Of a stretch of DNA of 30,969 nt, positions 1-9,894 are shown piece by piece (positions within the stretch are counted from its first letter, which is position 1; the number at the start of each line of letters is the position of its first letter). Made by a program: the position numbers and the translations under genes. Source of the stretch: Acidobacteriota bacterium (GTDB lineage Bacteria > Acidobacteriota > UBA890 > WLXD01); NCBI GenBank assembly GCA_965205505.1, contig CBDBHB010000003.1, positions 1 through 30,969 on the forward strand. Reading direction: 5' to 3'. The notes below the pieces were generated by a model. That model made no database searches and had not been told where the DNA came from. It saw nothing but the letters and a program-made list of their open reading frames with translations.

Positions 1-141
1 GTTGAGCCGACCGAACTCGGCGTCTGAGAGGTTGATGTTCTGCGCGAGCACCGCCCGCGTCGCAACCAACGCCGCTTCGTCGCAGGGGGTGTAGTGGTAG
101 AGGGTGTTGTCGAGGTCGAAGAGCAGTGCGCGGCTCGTCAA
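1..141 (-). CDS. HAD-superfamily hydrolase, N-terminal part (runs off the window)
   Basis: Not in the ORF track. Manual translation from TTG at 141 gives MTSRALLFDLDNTLYHYTPCDEAAL, with HAD motif I (FDLDNTL). The start overlaps the aldolase TGA. Confidence 0.85.
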   Translation of the reverse strand, partial: MTSRALLFDLDNTLYHYTPCDEAALVATRAVLAQNINLSDAEFGRLN

Positions 142-845
142 TTCAGGTCGCTTCGTCGGCTCATGATGCGTTCGAGGCGGTCGACTTCATCTCCGCGAGC
201 AGCCCGTCTCCGGTACTCCTCACTCCCGAGGGCGTCGAGCTTCGCGCAATCCTCTTCTGTCAGATAGGTGGGATCGCCGACCTGCAGTGCGTGCCACTGG
301 ATGAACGCCTGCTCCTCCATCGCATACGTGCGGAAGGCAGCCTCCTTGACCGACGCCCCGACCGTGATCGTGCCGTGGTTACGGAGCCACCATGCCCTGG
401 CAATCGGAAGCCTTGAACTGGCGCTCGACGAGGCGCGCCAACTCTGGCGTGGTGACCGTGACGTAGGGCACATGCGGGACATTAGCCCCCAGGTAGACAT
501 AGTAATCAGCGAACATGGGGCGTAGGTCGTGGCCTGCCGAACACAGCGCGATGGTCATCTTCGGATGAGCGTGGAAGACAGCGTTCACGTCGGGGCGCGC
601 GCGATAGACGTAGAGGTGCATCAGGACTTCTGAAGAGGGCCGGAAATCGCCCGAGACGATGTTCCCTGATGCAACCGAGATGCATGGGTAGTGCTCTTGC
701 CGCGCGTCTTCGAGCGAGAATCCGCTCGGAGAGATCCACATGTGGTCAGCCTCGCGAGCGCTGACGTTACCACCTGCTCCCGTCACGAGGCCGGAGCTCA
801 CCAGCTGGCGGGCCGATCAATCATCTCTGTGACGATCTGGGTCAT
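138..845 (-). CDS. Class II aldolase/adducin family protein (FucA/AraD-like), two apparent frameshifts
   Basis: Motifs GGNVSAR, RPSSE..MH, VFHAHP lie in ORF 379-801 and LRNHG in ORF 138-500. The N-terminus MTQIVTEMID starts at ATG 845. Single-base indels near 815 and 390 join the pieces. Confidence 0.85.
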
Positions 846-850
846 GGAAG

Positions 851-2345
851 CTACCTGGTCAGGAAGCCGCGCTGCTCGAGAAGCCGCAGGAATCGCTGGT
901 AGAGCTCTTCGTACATTTCATGGCGGGCCCGATCCGGGCGAAACGTCCTGGCGATCTTTACCATAGCCTGGCTCGCATCCCGCAGGTTCCCGTGAACCGT
1001 GCCCGCCGCAGCCAGGATGGCGCTTCCGAACGCCGATTCGTGACAGCCCGGTCGATGATAGGCACGACCGCATACGTCCGCTCGAAGCTGCATCCAGACA
1101 TCGCTTCGGCTGCCACCGCCCGTGGCATAGACTGCCCCAGCGGTGCCCTGATCACCGGCAGCTGTGGCGCGATCCAGCACTTCGTAGCCCAGCCGCTCCA
1201 CAAACGCTGTGCCCTGGAGGTTGGCCGCATAGCGCACCGTCGACTCGGTGGCGTCCGGCTCGCAGAAGCCCACCGCATCGGCGGACTTGAAGGGGAAGCG
1301 ATCGCCCTGCATGCGGAGCGGGTAGGCAAGCTGCTGCGTCGGCAGCAGCTCACTTGCTGCGCCGTCGAGTTGCCGGAGGTCGGCGCCGGCGAAGTCCTTT
1401 TGAATCCAGTCTCCTCCAACGTTGCTGGCGGCGCCCGGAAGCCAGCATCCGCCGGGCAACTTGTGGCAGTACAGCAGACCATCCGGATCCTGCACGCAAC
1501 GGTCGGCCACGCGCTTGAACACCAGTGTTGTTCCCAGGGTGGTGTTGTTCTCTCCGACGCGACGCGCCCCGGACGCCAGGAAGGCGGCCGTGCCATCGGT
1601 GGCCCCGGCAATTACGGCGAGGCTGCGAGGCAGGCCGAGCTCATCGGCGACGGCGTCAGATACGTTGCCAAGCGCCCTCACCCGGCGCGACGACGCGGGG
1701 CAACCTGGAGCGCAGGTCGGGGTGCTCGTCGATCCAGCCGGCCCACGACCCAGCGGTGAGATCGAAGCCCGACTTCATCGCGTTGCTGTAGTCGGTCGTG
1801 CCCACCCGACCGGTAAGCCGGCCAGTAATGAAGTCGGCCTGGTGCGCGAACATGTGTGTCGCAGCGAACGCTTCCGGCAGGTGCCGTTGGATCCACAGCA
1901 TCTTGGCGATGCCGAAGGACGCGCTGATGCGCGGACCGGTCGTTTCACCATGCTCATGAGCCAGCGCGTCGAGTTGGTGGGCTTCCACCTCGGCGCGCGC
2001 ATCGTTGTACATCAGTGCAGGCGTCGTGGCTCTGCCATCGCGGCTTGTGCCGACGACCGTTCCCGACGTGCCATCGACGCAGATGGCTTGCAGCATGTCC
2101 ACGACACTCGGGGATCCACCGACCTGCCGCACGGCGTCGCGGATCGCCCATCTGGCAGCTTTCCACCAGGTTTCGGGATTCTGCTCGTGCCAGCCCGGCT
2201 GCTCGGGGCCCGGTACTTTTCCACCAGCCTCGAGGTCAGCGTGAACCGTCGCTCGGATAGCGCCGGCGGCGTTGACGATCACCACCCGCGCCCCACCGGT
2301 GCCGACGTCCAGCCCGATCACCAACGCCTCGCGAGGCTCCCGCAT
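851..2345 (-). CDS. FGGY-family carbohydrate kinase (resembles the SePSK/AtXK1 D-ribulokinase-like group), one apparent frameshift
   Basis: IGLDVGTGG, DGTSGT and YNDAR are in ORF 1656-2345. GATDG, TLGTTLV, PGAASN and GGGS are in ORF 851-1681. Removing one G near 1677 gives VVAPGEALGNV. Confidence 0.9.
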
Positions 2346-2405
2346 CAGGGTGATGCTCTAGCAGGCCGTGGTGGAAGTGTGGCGCCACACTTCCAGCACG
2401 GCCTG

Positions 2406-3946
2406 CTAACCGGAACCGAACTCAACCGGTCGATAGCCACCCCTCGACTTGAACCAGAACAGCAGTGCCAGGTATGCCAGCAGCATGATGAGGGGTAGGA
2501 CCACGACCTTGCGCAACGCCGCCATCTTGCCCTCATTGGTGGCTGTGGTGAGCGCTTCGGCGTCTGGCACTACGTTGGCTACCCTCACCTCGACGGCCTC
2601 CTCAGTAAGGGCACGATACTCGGCCGAAGATGCTCGGAGGCCTTTCCTCGACGTAGCGCGCCACCAGCTCCGGACTCCGCTCCTCGAGAGCGCTGACGAC
2701 GGACTTGTCTTGCAAATTGCCCAGCCAGACGTTGCCGAGGACGCCGACGCCGAGCATGCCCACGCCGGCGATGACGTTGAGGGTCATGGCGCCGCCCCGG
2801 GGAAACTGCTCGGAGACGAAGCCCAGCGTGGTCGGCCAAAAGAACGTCTGCCCGACGCCATAAACCGTAGCGGCAATGATGATCACCATGGCCGTGGTGC
2901 TCGGGTCACCTCCGAGCGCCGACAGCCAATAGATGCCCGCCGCCACCAGCGCGGCGCTGACCGCGAGAACTCCCAGCGGCTGTAGGCGTTTCACCAGCGG
3001 GCCACACGTGGAAGCGAAGGACCATCATGATCAGCGCCGTGTAGACGAGGACCCAGCCTGAATCGATGCCGAGCGTCGTGCCAATCGCCGGCCCGAGCAA
3101 ATCCTTGACCCAGCTGTCGGTTCCGAGCTCGGTGGTGGCGAGGAACAACATCAGCACCAGCATGAAGACGAACAGGGGCCGGCCGAACGACCGGGCGTAG
3201 AAGCCATACACTGCGGCCAGCGCAGCGGCGATCACCACCTGAACCCAGATGTTCATCAGGGCTTCGATGCCGAGAACGTTGGTGGTCAACTCCATCACGA
3301 TGAGGAGAAACGCGACGAATGCGCCTCCCCAGCCAACCTCGGCGAGCATGGCGCGATACGAGACGCCCGCGGCCACCCGTTCGCTCACCGGAAACTCCAT
3401 TCGCAGCATCATTGCGCCATAGATGAAGGTAGGAATGAGGATCATCGCGATCTGGTACTGCCAGGGCACCGCGTCGCCCACGCTGAGGACGAGAACGCCC
3501 GTGATGACGAGCCCTCCCGGCCAGCCGGCGTGGAGGATGTTGAGCCACTTGGTCTTGTCCTTCGCGTACACGGTGGTGATCAGCGGGTTGATCACCGCCT
3601 CGACCGCGCCGTTGCCGAGCGCACCGATGACGCTCGCCCAATAGAGCATGCGGTAACCGGTGGCGGTTATCGTCAGCACTGCGAAGAGCACGTGGCAGAC
3701 GAACGCGAACGCCATCGCCTTGCCGTATCCCACCCTGTCGATGATCAGACTGAAGAGGATGATGCTGGCACCGAAAGGCCAGAATCCAGCGCCGAAGATC
3801 GTGCCAACCTGAGTCTTGTCCAGGGAGTAGGCGCTCTCCCACACTCCCATCAGATTGATGCGCAGCATGAAGGCGAAGGCGGTCGTAACCAGGGCGACAA
3901 AGGATGCAGTGAACAGCATCCGGTTCGACGAAATGCTTGCGCTCAT
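2406..3946 (-). CDS. MFS transporter, probably a sugar permease, two apparent frameshifts
   Basis: Multi-TM protein with MFS motif A (IIDRVGYGK) and LHAGWPGGLV. ORFs 2906-3946, 2602-2994 and 2406-2588 join after removing single extra bases near 3010 and 2622. Confidence 0.85.
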
Positions 3947-4038
3947 GGATCCTCCCCGCCGATGCGCGGCGCGTCGGCCCTGGACGATAGCATGCCTTCA
4001 ATTCCCGATAATTGGCGCCCCGATATAGAGTCAACAGC

Positions 4039-5016
4039 ATGGATACGAGGAAGTCGATCGCCCTCGCAGCAGCCGTGTGGATTCCGCTCCTTGGCGGCTG
4101 CGCCTCGATGGCCGATCGCTCTGCTGTCGGTGCATCGCCGGCGCTCGAGGATACGCACCCGGGAGCAGAGCAACCGAGCTCGCCCATGACATGGTCGGAA
4201 GTTCAGGCGCTGCCCGCGCCGGCGCCCGGTGCCCGGATCGCCTACGGCTCCCTGCCCGACCAGTTTGGCGAGCTGCGCCTGCCGCCGGGCTCCGGACCGC
4301 ACCCGGTCGTGGTGTTGATCCACGGTGGCTGCTGGTTGCAAGAGTTCGACAATGTGTATTTCCGCCACCTGGCAGCAGCGGTGACCGAGCTGGGTATCGC
4401 CACGTGGACAATCGAGTATCGTCGCGTTGCCGGAGCCGGCGGTTGGCCGATGACCTTCCTCGACGTCGCCGACGCCATCGACCATCTGCGCGAGCTCCGT
4501 AGCACTCATCCACTCGACCTACAAAGGGTCGTCGTTGCGGGTCACTCTGCCGGTGGACACCTCGCGTTGTGGAGCGCAACCCGCGACCGTCTGGCCCCTG
4601 GCAGCGATCTCTATCGCCCGTCTCCACTGCCGATCCGCGGCGTGATCGGGCTAGCGCCGATCGCTGACCTTTCCGCCTACCGCGTGGGTCCAACCCAGAG
4701 CTGTCATGGAGCCGTCGATCCGTTGATGGGCGGCCCTCCGGAGGCGCACCCTGATCGATACGCCGACGCCTCGCCAAGCGCGCGGCTACCTATCGGAGTG
4801 CCGATTGTGTTGGTAAGCGGCGCACAGGACACTATCGTCACCACGAGCGGCGTACGCGCGTTCGTCGACGACGCGATCGCGGCTGGCGATGATGCGCGAC
4901 TCGAGAAAATCGATGCCGCTGGCCACTTCGAGCCATCGGTACCCTTCTCCGCGGCGTGGGTGGCAGTACGAGATGCGCTGCGTCGGCTCATCGGCCCCGT
5001 CCCGGTACCGTCCTAG
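4039..5016 (+). CDS. Lipoprotein alpha/beta hydrolase (HSL/BD-FAE-like esterase)
   Basis: Lipobox LLGGC, oxyanion motif IHGGCW, nucleophile GHSAGG, and the D...GH catalytic residues. Confidence 0.9.
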   Translation: MDTRKSIALAAAVWIPLLGGCASMADRSAVGASPALEDTHPGAEQPSSPMTWSEVQALPAPAPGARIAYGSLPDQFGELRLPPGSGPHPVVVLIHGGCWLQEFDNVYFRHLAAAVTELGIATWTIEYRRVAGAGGWPMTFLDVADAIDHLRELRSTHPLDLQRVVVAGHSAGGHLALWSATRDRLAPGSDLYRPSPLPIRGVIGLAPIADLSAYRVGPTQSCHGAVDPLMGGPPEAHPDRYADASPSARLPIGVPIVLVSGAQDTIVTTSGVRAFVDDAIAAGDDARLEKIDAAGHFEPSVPFSAAWVAVRDALRRLIGPVPVPS

Positions 5017-5290
5017 TGGCCTGTAACAGATGATCGTTGCATATCGCAGATGGGATTTGCGGGTGAGATCAAGGCGCGGCGAGGAAGGCGATGCAGTGGG
5101 CATCGTCGACGAGGCGCAACGCCGATATCGCCCGCAACTGCCCATCTGTCCGCAGGATGGCGGCGAAATCGGCCCGTCTGCGGCGTTGCTCCTCCTCCAA
5201 GATGCGCAAACATCGTCTCGTCGTCGCGCCTGGCATCCGGACCCATTTCGCCACCACGATATGCAACGATCATCTCTTACAGGTCACTAG
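5013..5290. mobile_element. MITE, 278 bp, with 34-bp terminal inverted repeats and CTAG ends
   Basis: 5013-5046 (ctagtggcctgtaacagatgatcgttgcatatcg) matches the reverse complement of 5257-5290 at 32/34. There is no credible ORF inside, and a partial copy occurs at 18678. Confidence 0.85.
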
Positions 5291-6636
5291 TGTCCTGTAA
5301 CAACACGTAGCGACTCGTCCAGCGCCGCGACGAAGGCGTCGATCTCGTCGGTGCCCATCGGCGTCGACAGGCATCCGATCACCCCGCGTTGCCCCAGCAG
5401 GATGCCGTGGCTCAGCATCTCCACCACCACTTTCGCCTGCCGCGGCTCGACGGCAGTGGCCGCGACGAAGCCACGAAAATCGCGAATCGGAGCCTCGCTG
5501 AACAGCAGCCCGAACAGCGACCCGCGCCCGGTGACCTGGTGTGCGATTCCGCGCCGACCGACTGTCTCGGCAACCGCCGCTCGAAGTCGATCCCCGAGAG
5601 ACTCCAGCCGCTCGTAGGCCTCGCGCGTCATCTGCCGCATGGTCTCGTAGCCCGCCACCATGGTGACCGGGTTGCCGTTGTAGGTACCGCCGTGATGGAC
5701 CTTCTCACCCGAGCGGTGATCGAACACGTCCATCACCGACTTCTTTCCCATGATGGCACCGACTGGGAAGCCGCCGCCGATGATCTTGCCGAGGGAGACG
5801 AGGTCGGGCTCGATGCCGTGGGCGACGCAGGCGCCCTGGTAGCTAACCCGGAACGACAGCACCTCGTCGCAGATCAGCAGGATGCCGTGCTTCTCGGTGA
5901 TCTCACGGAGAAACTCGACGAAACTCTGGTCCGGCGCGACGAATCCGAGTGCCGCCGGAAGCGGATCGAAAACGACCGCCGCCAGGTTGTCGGCGTTGTC
6001 GCCGATGAGCGCCCGACACACCTCGATATCATTCCATGGGAGCGTGACGACCTCGTCGAGCAGGCTGCGCGCCATGCTCGGCTCCAGCGTCGTGCTGGGA
6101 CGCTGCGGATCGCCCCAGTTGTGCGGTCGCGAGCTATCGCTTGCCTGAGCATAGTCGTAGACGCCGTGATAACAGCCCTCGAACTTGGCGACCTTGGAAC
6201 GCCCGGTGGCCGCCCGCGCAGCGCGGATCGTCAACAGCACACCTTCGCTGCCCGAGTTCGCGAAGCGAATCTGCTCCATGCCCGGTACGCGTTCGACGAG
6301 CAGCTCGGCCAGTCGAATGTCGGCCTCCGTAGGCATCGAGAACGCCGTCCCCCGACCGACCACCTGGCGCACTGCTTCGGTGACGACCGGGTCGGCGTGG
6401 CCCCGAATCAACGCCGTGTAGTTGTTGATGAAGTCGATGCGCTCGTCGCCCTCCACGTCGGTCACGCGGCAGCCCTGGCCGCTGGCCGCGTACGCCGGAT
6501 ACGGATCCATCACCAGCGTGTGGCGGCTGTTGCCACCGGGCATGACGTGTAGGGCGCGCTCGTAGAGCTCCTTGGAGCGCGACGTGTCTTCAAGGTAGCG
6601 GGCCGTTGACCGTGACTGCTTTTCAGTAGTCGCCAT
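5287..6636 (-). CDS. Class III PLP aminotransferase, glutamate-1-semialdehyde aminomutase-like (HemL paralogue)
   Basis: MPGGNSR, RFANSGSE, KFEGCYHG, LICDEV, LGKIIGGGFPVG (PLP Lys) and HGGTYNGNP. ATG 6636 follows a GGAG RBS. Confidence 0.9.
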   Translation of the reverse strand: MATTEKQSRSTARYLEDTSRSKELYERALHVMPGGNSRHTLVMDPYPAYAASGQGCRVTDVEGDERIDFINNYTALIRGHADPVVTEAVRQVVGRGTAFSMPTEADIRLAELLVERVPGMEQIRFANSGSEGVLLTIRAARAATGRSKVAKFEGCYHGVYDYAQASDSSRPHNWGDPQRPSTTLEPSMARSLLDEVVTLPWNDIEVCRALIGDNADNLAAVVFDPLPAALGFVAPDQSFVEFLREITEKHGILLICDEVLSFRVSYQGACVAHGIEPDLVSLGKIIGGGFPVGAIMGKKSVMDVFDHRSGEKVHHGGTYNGNPVTMVAGYETMRQMTREAYERLESLGDRLRAAVAETVGRRGIAHQVTGRGSLFGLLFSEAPIRDFRGFVAATAVEPRQAKVVVEMLSHGILLGQRGVIGCLSTPMGTDEIDAFVAALDESLRVVTGH

Positions 6637-6904
6637 CGTTTCTCCGGCCCCGGACTCTGAGCGCAGCCGCGATTTGGTGGACAATAGGCTCACAGTGCTC
6701 GATCGGCGACCGTCAGCTTACCGCGATCACGACCCGCGGCTGGGCTTGATCGCCACCGGTTGGTTCGGCAGCTAAAAAACATCGTGGTAGCCGAGTGGCT
6801 ACCTTGCACATGATCCGAGGCCGCCCGACCGCAAAAGTCAACCGAAGATCCGTTCGAGTGGTATGAGAGTCCGCAAAGTCAGGAACGTCGCAGCGTGAGG
6901 GACC

Positions 6905-7420
6905 ATGGTCGAGATCCGCCTCGAACGAGAGAACGACATCTTCGCGATTCAGACTGTCAACCGACTCGCCTTCGGCCAGACCGCCGAGGCAGACATCGTC
7001 GAAGCGCTTCGCGATGGGGCGCCAAACGTGCTTTCGTTCGTGGCACTCACCGCCGGAGAAGTGGTCGGGCATGTCCTGTTCTCTCCGGTGTCGATCCAAC
7101 ACCGGCGCGGGGCTACTGAGGGCCTCGGCCTCGGTCCCATGTCCGTTCTGCCGGCCCATCAGAATCGAGGGATCGGGGCTCAGCTTGTTGAGCACGCGCT
7201 TGCGGAAGTGCGGGCCGCAGGCTGGCCTTATGTCGTCGTGTTGGGTCACCCGCGTTACTATCCGCGCTTCGGATTCGTTCGCGCGTCCGAGTACGGGGTG
7301 CGCAGTCAATGGGAGGGTATCCCTGACGACGTCTTCATGATCCTGCCCCTGGACGCTGGCCGCATCAAGCAACTTCGAGGAGTGGCCCGCTACCGCCCCG
7401 AGTTCGGAGATCACCTGTGA
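6905..7420 (+). CDS. GNAT N-acetyltransferase (YhbS-like)
   Basis: VVGHVLFS, LGPMSVLPAHQNRGIG (acetyl-CoA motif A) and VLGHPRYYPRFGF. GAGG RBS. Confidence 0.92.
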   Translation: MVEIRLERENDIFAIQTVNRLAFGQTAEADIVEALRDGAPNVLSFVALTAGEVVGHVLFSPVSIQHRRGATEGLGLGPMSVLPAHQNRGIGAQLVEHALAEVRAAGWPYVVVLGHPRYYPRFGFVRASEYGVRSQWEGIPDDVFMILPLDAGRIKQLRGVARYRPEFGDHL

Positions 7421-8655
7421 GCAACATGCCGCTATCCCGCCGCCGCTTCTTGCAGACCGCCGGGGCAGCAGGCGTATGGGTTCCAACGTCAGTGAAGGGG
7501 CGTAGTTCAGCCGAGATGCGCTCGATGGCCTCAGAGGGTGCGATACAAGCCGACGTATCCAAATGGGAGCTCGATACGCCGGCACTATGCGTCGATCTCG
7601 ATGCGCTCGAAGCCAACCTGGCCACGTGTCAGCAGACGGTCTCGCGCAACGGTATCGCCAGCCGTCCTCATGCCAAGACGCACAAGTGCCCGGCGATCGC
7701 CCGGCTGCAGCTGGAGGGCGGGTCGGTTGGCATCTGCACCGCCAAGGTGAGTGAGGCCGAGGTCATGTTCGAGCACGGGATCGAGCAGATCTTGATGACG
7801 ACGACCAATGTAACGCCGTTCAAGATCGCCCGGGCGATGAGCCTGAGGAAGCTGTGCTCGGAGTTCGTCCAGGCCACGGACACGCCCGAGAATGCCCGCG
7901 ACCTTTCGGAGGCAGCGCGGGCGGCCAGCATCACCGCCGATGTGGTGGTCGACGTTGACCCGAGTACGCATCGCACAGGTATTAGCGCAGGGCAGCCCGC
8001 TCTCGAGCTGGCGCAGCTGGTCGATACCCTGCCCGGGCTCCGGCTGCGCGGCATGCTGTGCTATGACGGCGGCTCACAACACAAGGTTGGCTTCGAGGTG
8101 CGCCGGGAGCAGACCCTCGAGCGTCTCGCGGCGGCCGCCGATACATTCATGATGTTGCAGCGCTCCGGTTTGAGCACCGAGATCTTCAGCGGTGGCGGCA
8201 CCGGTACCTACAACATCGACCACGAGACCTCCGGCCTGACCGACGTGCAGGTGGGCAGCTACATCTTCATGGACGCGCAGTACCTGGCGATCGGCGGGGC
8301 TCATGACCCACACGTGTACTCAGACTTCCAGCCCTCGCTGACCATTCTCGCGACGGTGCTCAACGACCAGTACGAAGGCCAGGTCACCACCGACGCGGGG
8401 GCCAAGGCGTGCACCATCAATCAGCCATGGCCCATCGTGAAGGGCGAGTCCGGAATGGAGTATCGTTCCGGATCCGACGAGTTCGGCGTGCTCCGCTACG
8501 ACGACCCCTCACGTACCTACAGCGTCGGCGACAAGCTGGAGCTGATCGTGTCGCACTGTGACCCGGTGGTGAATCTCTACGATCAGATGTACGCCATTCG
8601 TGGCGATCGCGTCGACGCCATCTGGCGCGTCGCGGCACGAGGAATGTCAACGTAG
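7417..8655 (+). CDS. Tat-exported DSD1/D-threonine aldolase-family PLP enzyme (alanine racemase fold)
   Basis: Tat motif SRRRFL. DTPAL, RPHAKTHKC (PLP Lys), SGGGTGT, QVGSYIFMD and HCDPVVNLYD. GTGA overlap with the GNAT stop. Confidence 0.9.
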   Translation: MSNMPLSRRRFLQTAGAAGVWVPTSVKGRSSAEMRSMASEGAIQADVSKWELDTPALCVDLDALEANLATCQQTVSRNGIASRPHAKTHKCPAIARLQLEGGSVGICTAKVSEAEVMFEHGIEQILMTTTNVTPFKIARAMSLRKLCSEFVQATDTPENARDLSEAARAASITADVVVDVDPSTHRTGISAGQPALELAQLVDTLPGLRLRGMLCYDGGSQHKVGFEVRREQTLERLAAAADTFMMLQRSGLSTEIFSGGGTGTYNIDHETSGLTDVQVGSYIFMDAQYLAIGGAHDPHVYSDFQPSLTILATVLNDQYEGQVTTDAGAKACTINQPWPIVKGESGMEYRSGSDEFGVLRYDDPSRTYSVGDKLELIVSHCDPVVNLYDQMYAIRGDRVDAIWRVAARGMST

Positions 8656-8686
8656 CAAAGCCTGGACCGCCAGCGGGAGTCGTCGA

Positions 8687-9199
8687 ATGGCACTCAAATA
8701 CGAAGTCGGCCAGAGGTTCCCCGACCTCAGCCTCACGGATGACCGCGGCAACGTGATGTCGATCGCCGAGGTCGCTGAGCGTCGGCCGCTGTTTCTCGCC
8801 TTCTACCGTGGCCCTTGGTGACCGAAGTGCCAGCGTCAGCTGTCGGAGCTGGTCCAGTTCCAAAGCGCCGCCGCAGTAGCTTATTGCCGGTTGGCAGTCG
8901 TCTCGGTCGACCCCCCCGAGGTGCAAGCCGCCCTCAAAGCTGAGCTCGGAGCACACTTCCCGTTCCTGAGCGACGCGGAACGGCGGCTTACCGACGAGCT
9001 CGGCATCCGCGAGACAACCGATTCCCGACACGGTCCACTACCGGTCCCCTTCACCTTCGCACTGCTCCCAGACCTGACCATCCACCGGTTGTTCAACGGC
9101 TGGTACTTCGTCGGGCGACCGACTCCTGAGGAGCTGCGCCTCACGGCGCGCGAGATGATCGGCAGAATCGTGCCGGACGCTGACTTCGCGGGAGAGTAG
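8687..9199 (+). CDS. AhpC/TSA redoxin-like selenoprotein, 170 aa, Sec45 in a U-P-K-C motif
   Basis: ORFs 8600-8821 and 8891-9199 share a frame. Reading through TGA 8819-8821 gives FYRGPW-U-PKCQRQLSEL...VVSVD...FPFLSD. GGGAG RBS before ATG 8687, and a hairpin follows the TGA. Confidence 0.88.
8836..8852 (+). promoter_or_regulatory. Candidate bacterial SECIS hairpin for the redoxin UGA
   Basis: (t)cagct-gtcgg-agctg(g). The loop starts with G, 21 nt after the UGA. Confidence 0.6.
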
Positions 9200-9262
9200 G
9201 GCGGACCGTGGGCTCAGGCAGCGTGACCCATGCGGGTCTATCGTTGGCCGGTGAACAAAACT

Positions 9263-9305
9263 ACTACGACTGTAGTTGACTAATTACTATGCTCGTAGTA
9301 TATAT
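9263..9305 (+). promoter_or_regulatory. AT-rich promoter with two ACTAY-N4-GTAGT palindromes (BlaI/MecI/CopY-like operator)
   Basis: actac-gact-gtagt at 9263-9276 and actat-gctc-gtagt at 9286-9299 bracket a TTGACT -35-like hexamer at 9276-9281. Confidence 0.6.
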
Positions 9306-9345
9306 ACCTTGAATCATTCCCATCTCCCTGAGGAAGGCTGCCTGC

Positions 9346-9894
9346 GTGAGCGAATCCAAGCTCGACACCCAATTCCAAAGCCAGGGAAGCCTGGTGCCTC
9401 CTGGCCCAGTCGGCCGGCTGGTTCGACTCGGTTGGGGAGTGGTCTGCGCGTACGGCGTGTGGTCGATTGCGACGACGACGCAGTACCACACGGGCTACCA
9501 GATACCGTCGGCATGGACCTGGTGGGCCACTACAGTGCTGTTGCTCGTCGTCACACCCTACGTGGTGAATATCGGCCTGGGTGTGAGCTGGCGCGCCTGG
9601 CCACGCTATGCCGTCGGCCTGTGGATCGCCGCCGGCGTGGCCGTGAGCTGGGCCCTGACCGGAGCGTTCTGGTCGCCCGCGCTCGGCTGGTCGGTAGCCG
9701 GATGGCAACTGCTGACACTGGGATGGCTAGGCTTTTCATTCCTTCTGTCTACCGTGATCGGCACCCCTGGATGCGAGATGCGGGCGATTTCCCATCTTTG
9801 GTCGCTGATCACCGGTCGTGCCCGGCGCGAGCACTATTGCCCCGGTCATCTAGATAACGTGGACCGCTGGGAAGCCCGGGGAGGATCGTCATGA
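9346..9894 (+). CDS. Membrane protein with a G-x-P-G-C-E motif (DUF6410-like, from memory)
   Basis: About four TM segments, GTPGCEMRAI and a C-terminal EHYCPG. AGGAAGG RBS. ATGA coupling to the next gene. Confidence 0.75.
   Translation: MSESKLDTQFQSQGSLVPPGPVGRLVRLGWGVVCAYGVWSIATTTQYHTGYQIPSAWTWWATTVLLLVVTPYVVNIGLGVSWRAWPRYAVGLWIAAGVAVSWALTGAFWSPALGWSVAGWQLLTLGWLGFSFLLSTVIGTPGCEMRAISHLWSLITGRARREHYCPGHLDNVDRWEARGGSS

Noticed and set aside
5013-5310. Short ORFs ending SSVTGH/SSLTGH as IS630 transposase fragments or small proteins
   Set aside because: They are translations of the TIRs on both strands, with no DDE-like sequence.
5287-6636. Assigning the symbol hemL
   Set aside because: The family is clear, but there is no tetrapyrrole gene context and GSA-like paralogues are common.
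6785-6810. Sigma54 promoter or terminator at ggtagcc-gagt-ggctacc
   Set aside because: The 7-bp palindrome is real, but it matches TGGCAC-N5-TTGC poorly and has no U-tract. Its function cannot be assigned.
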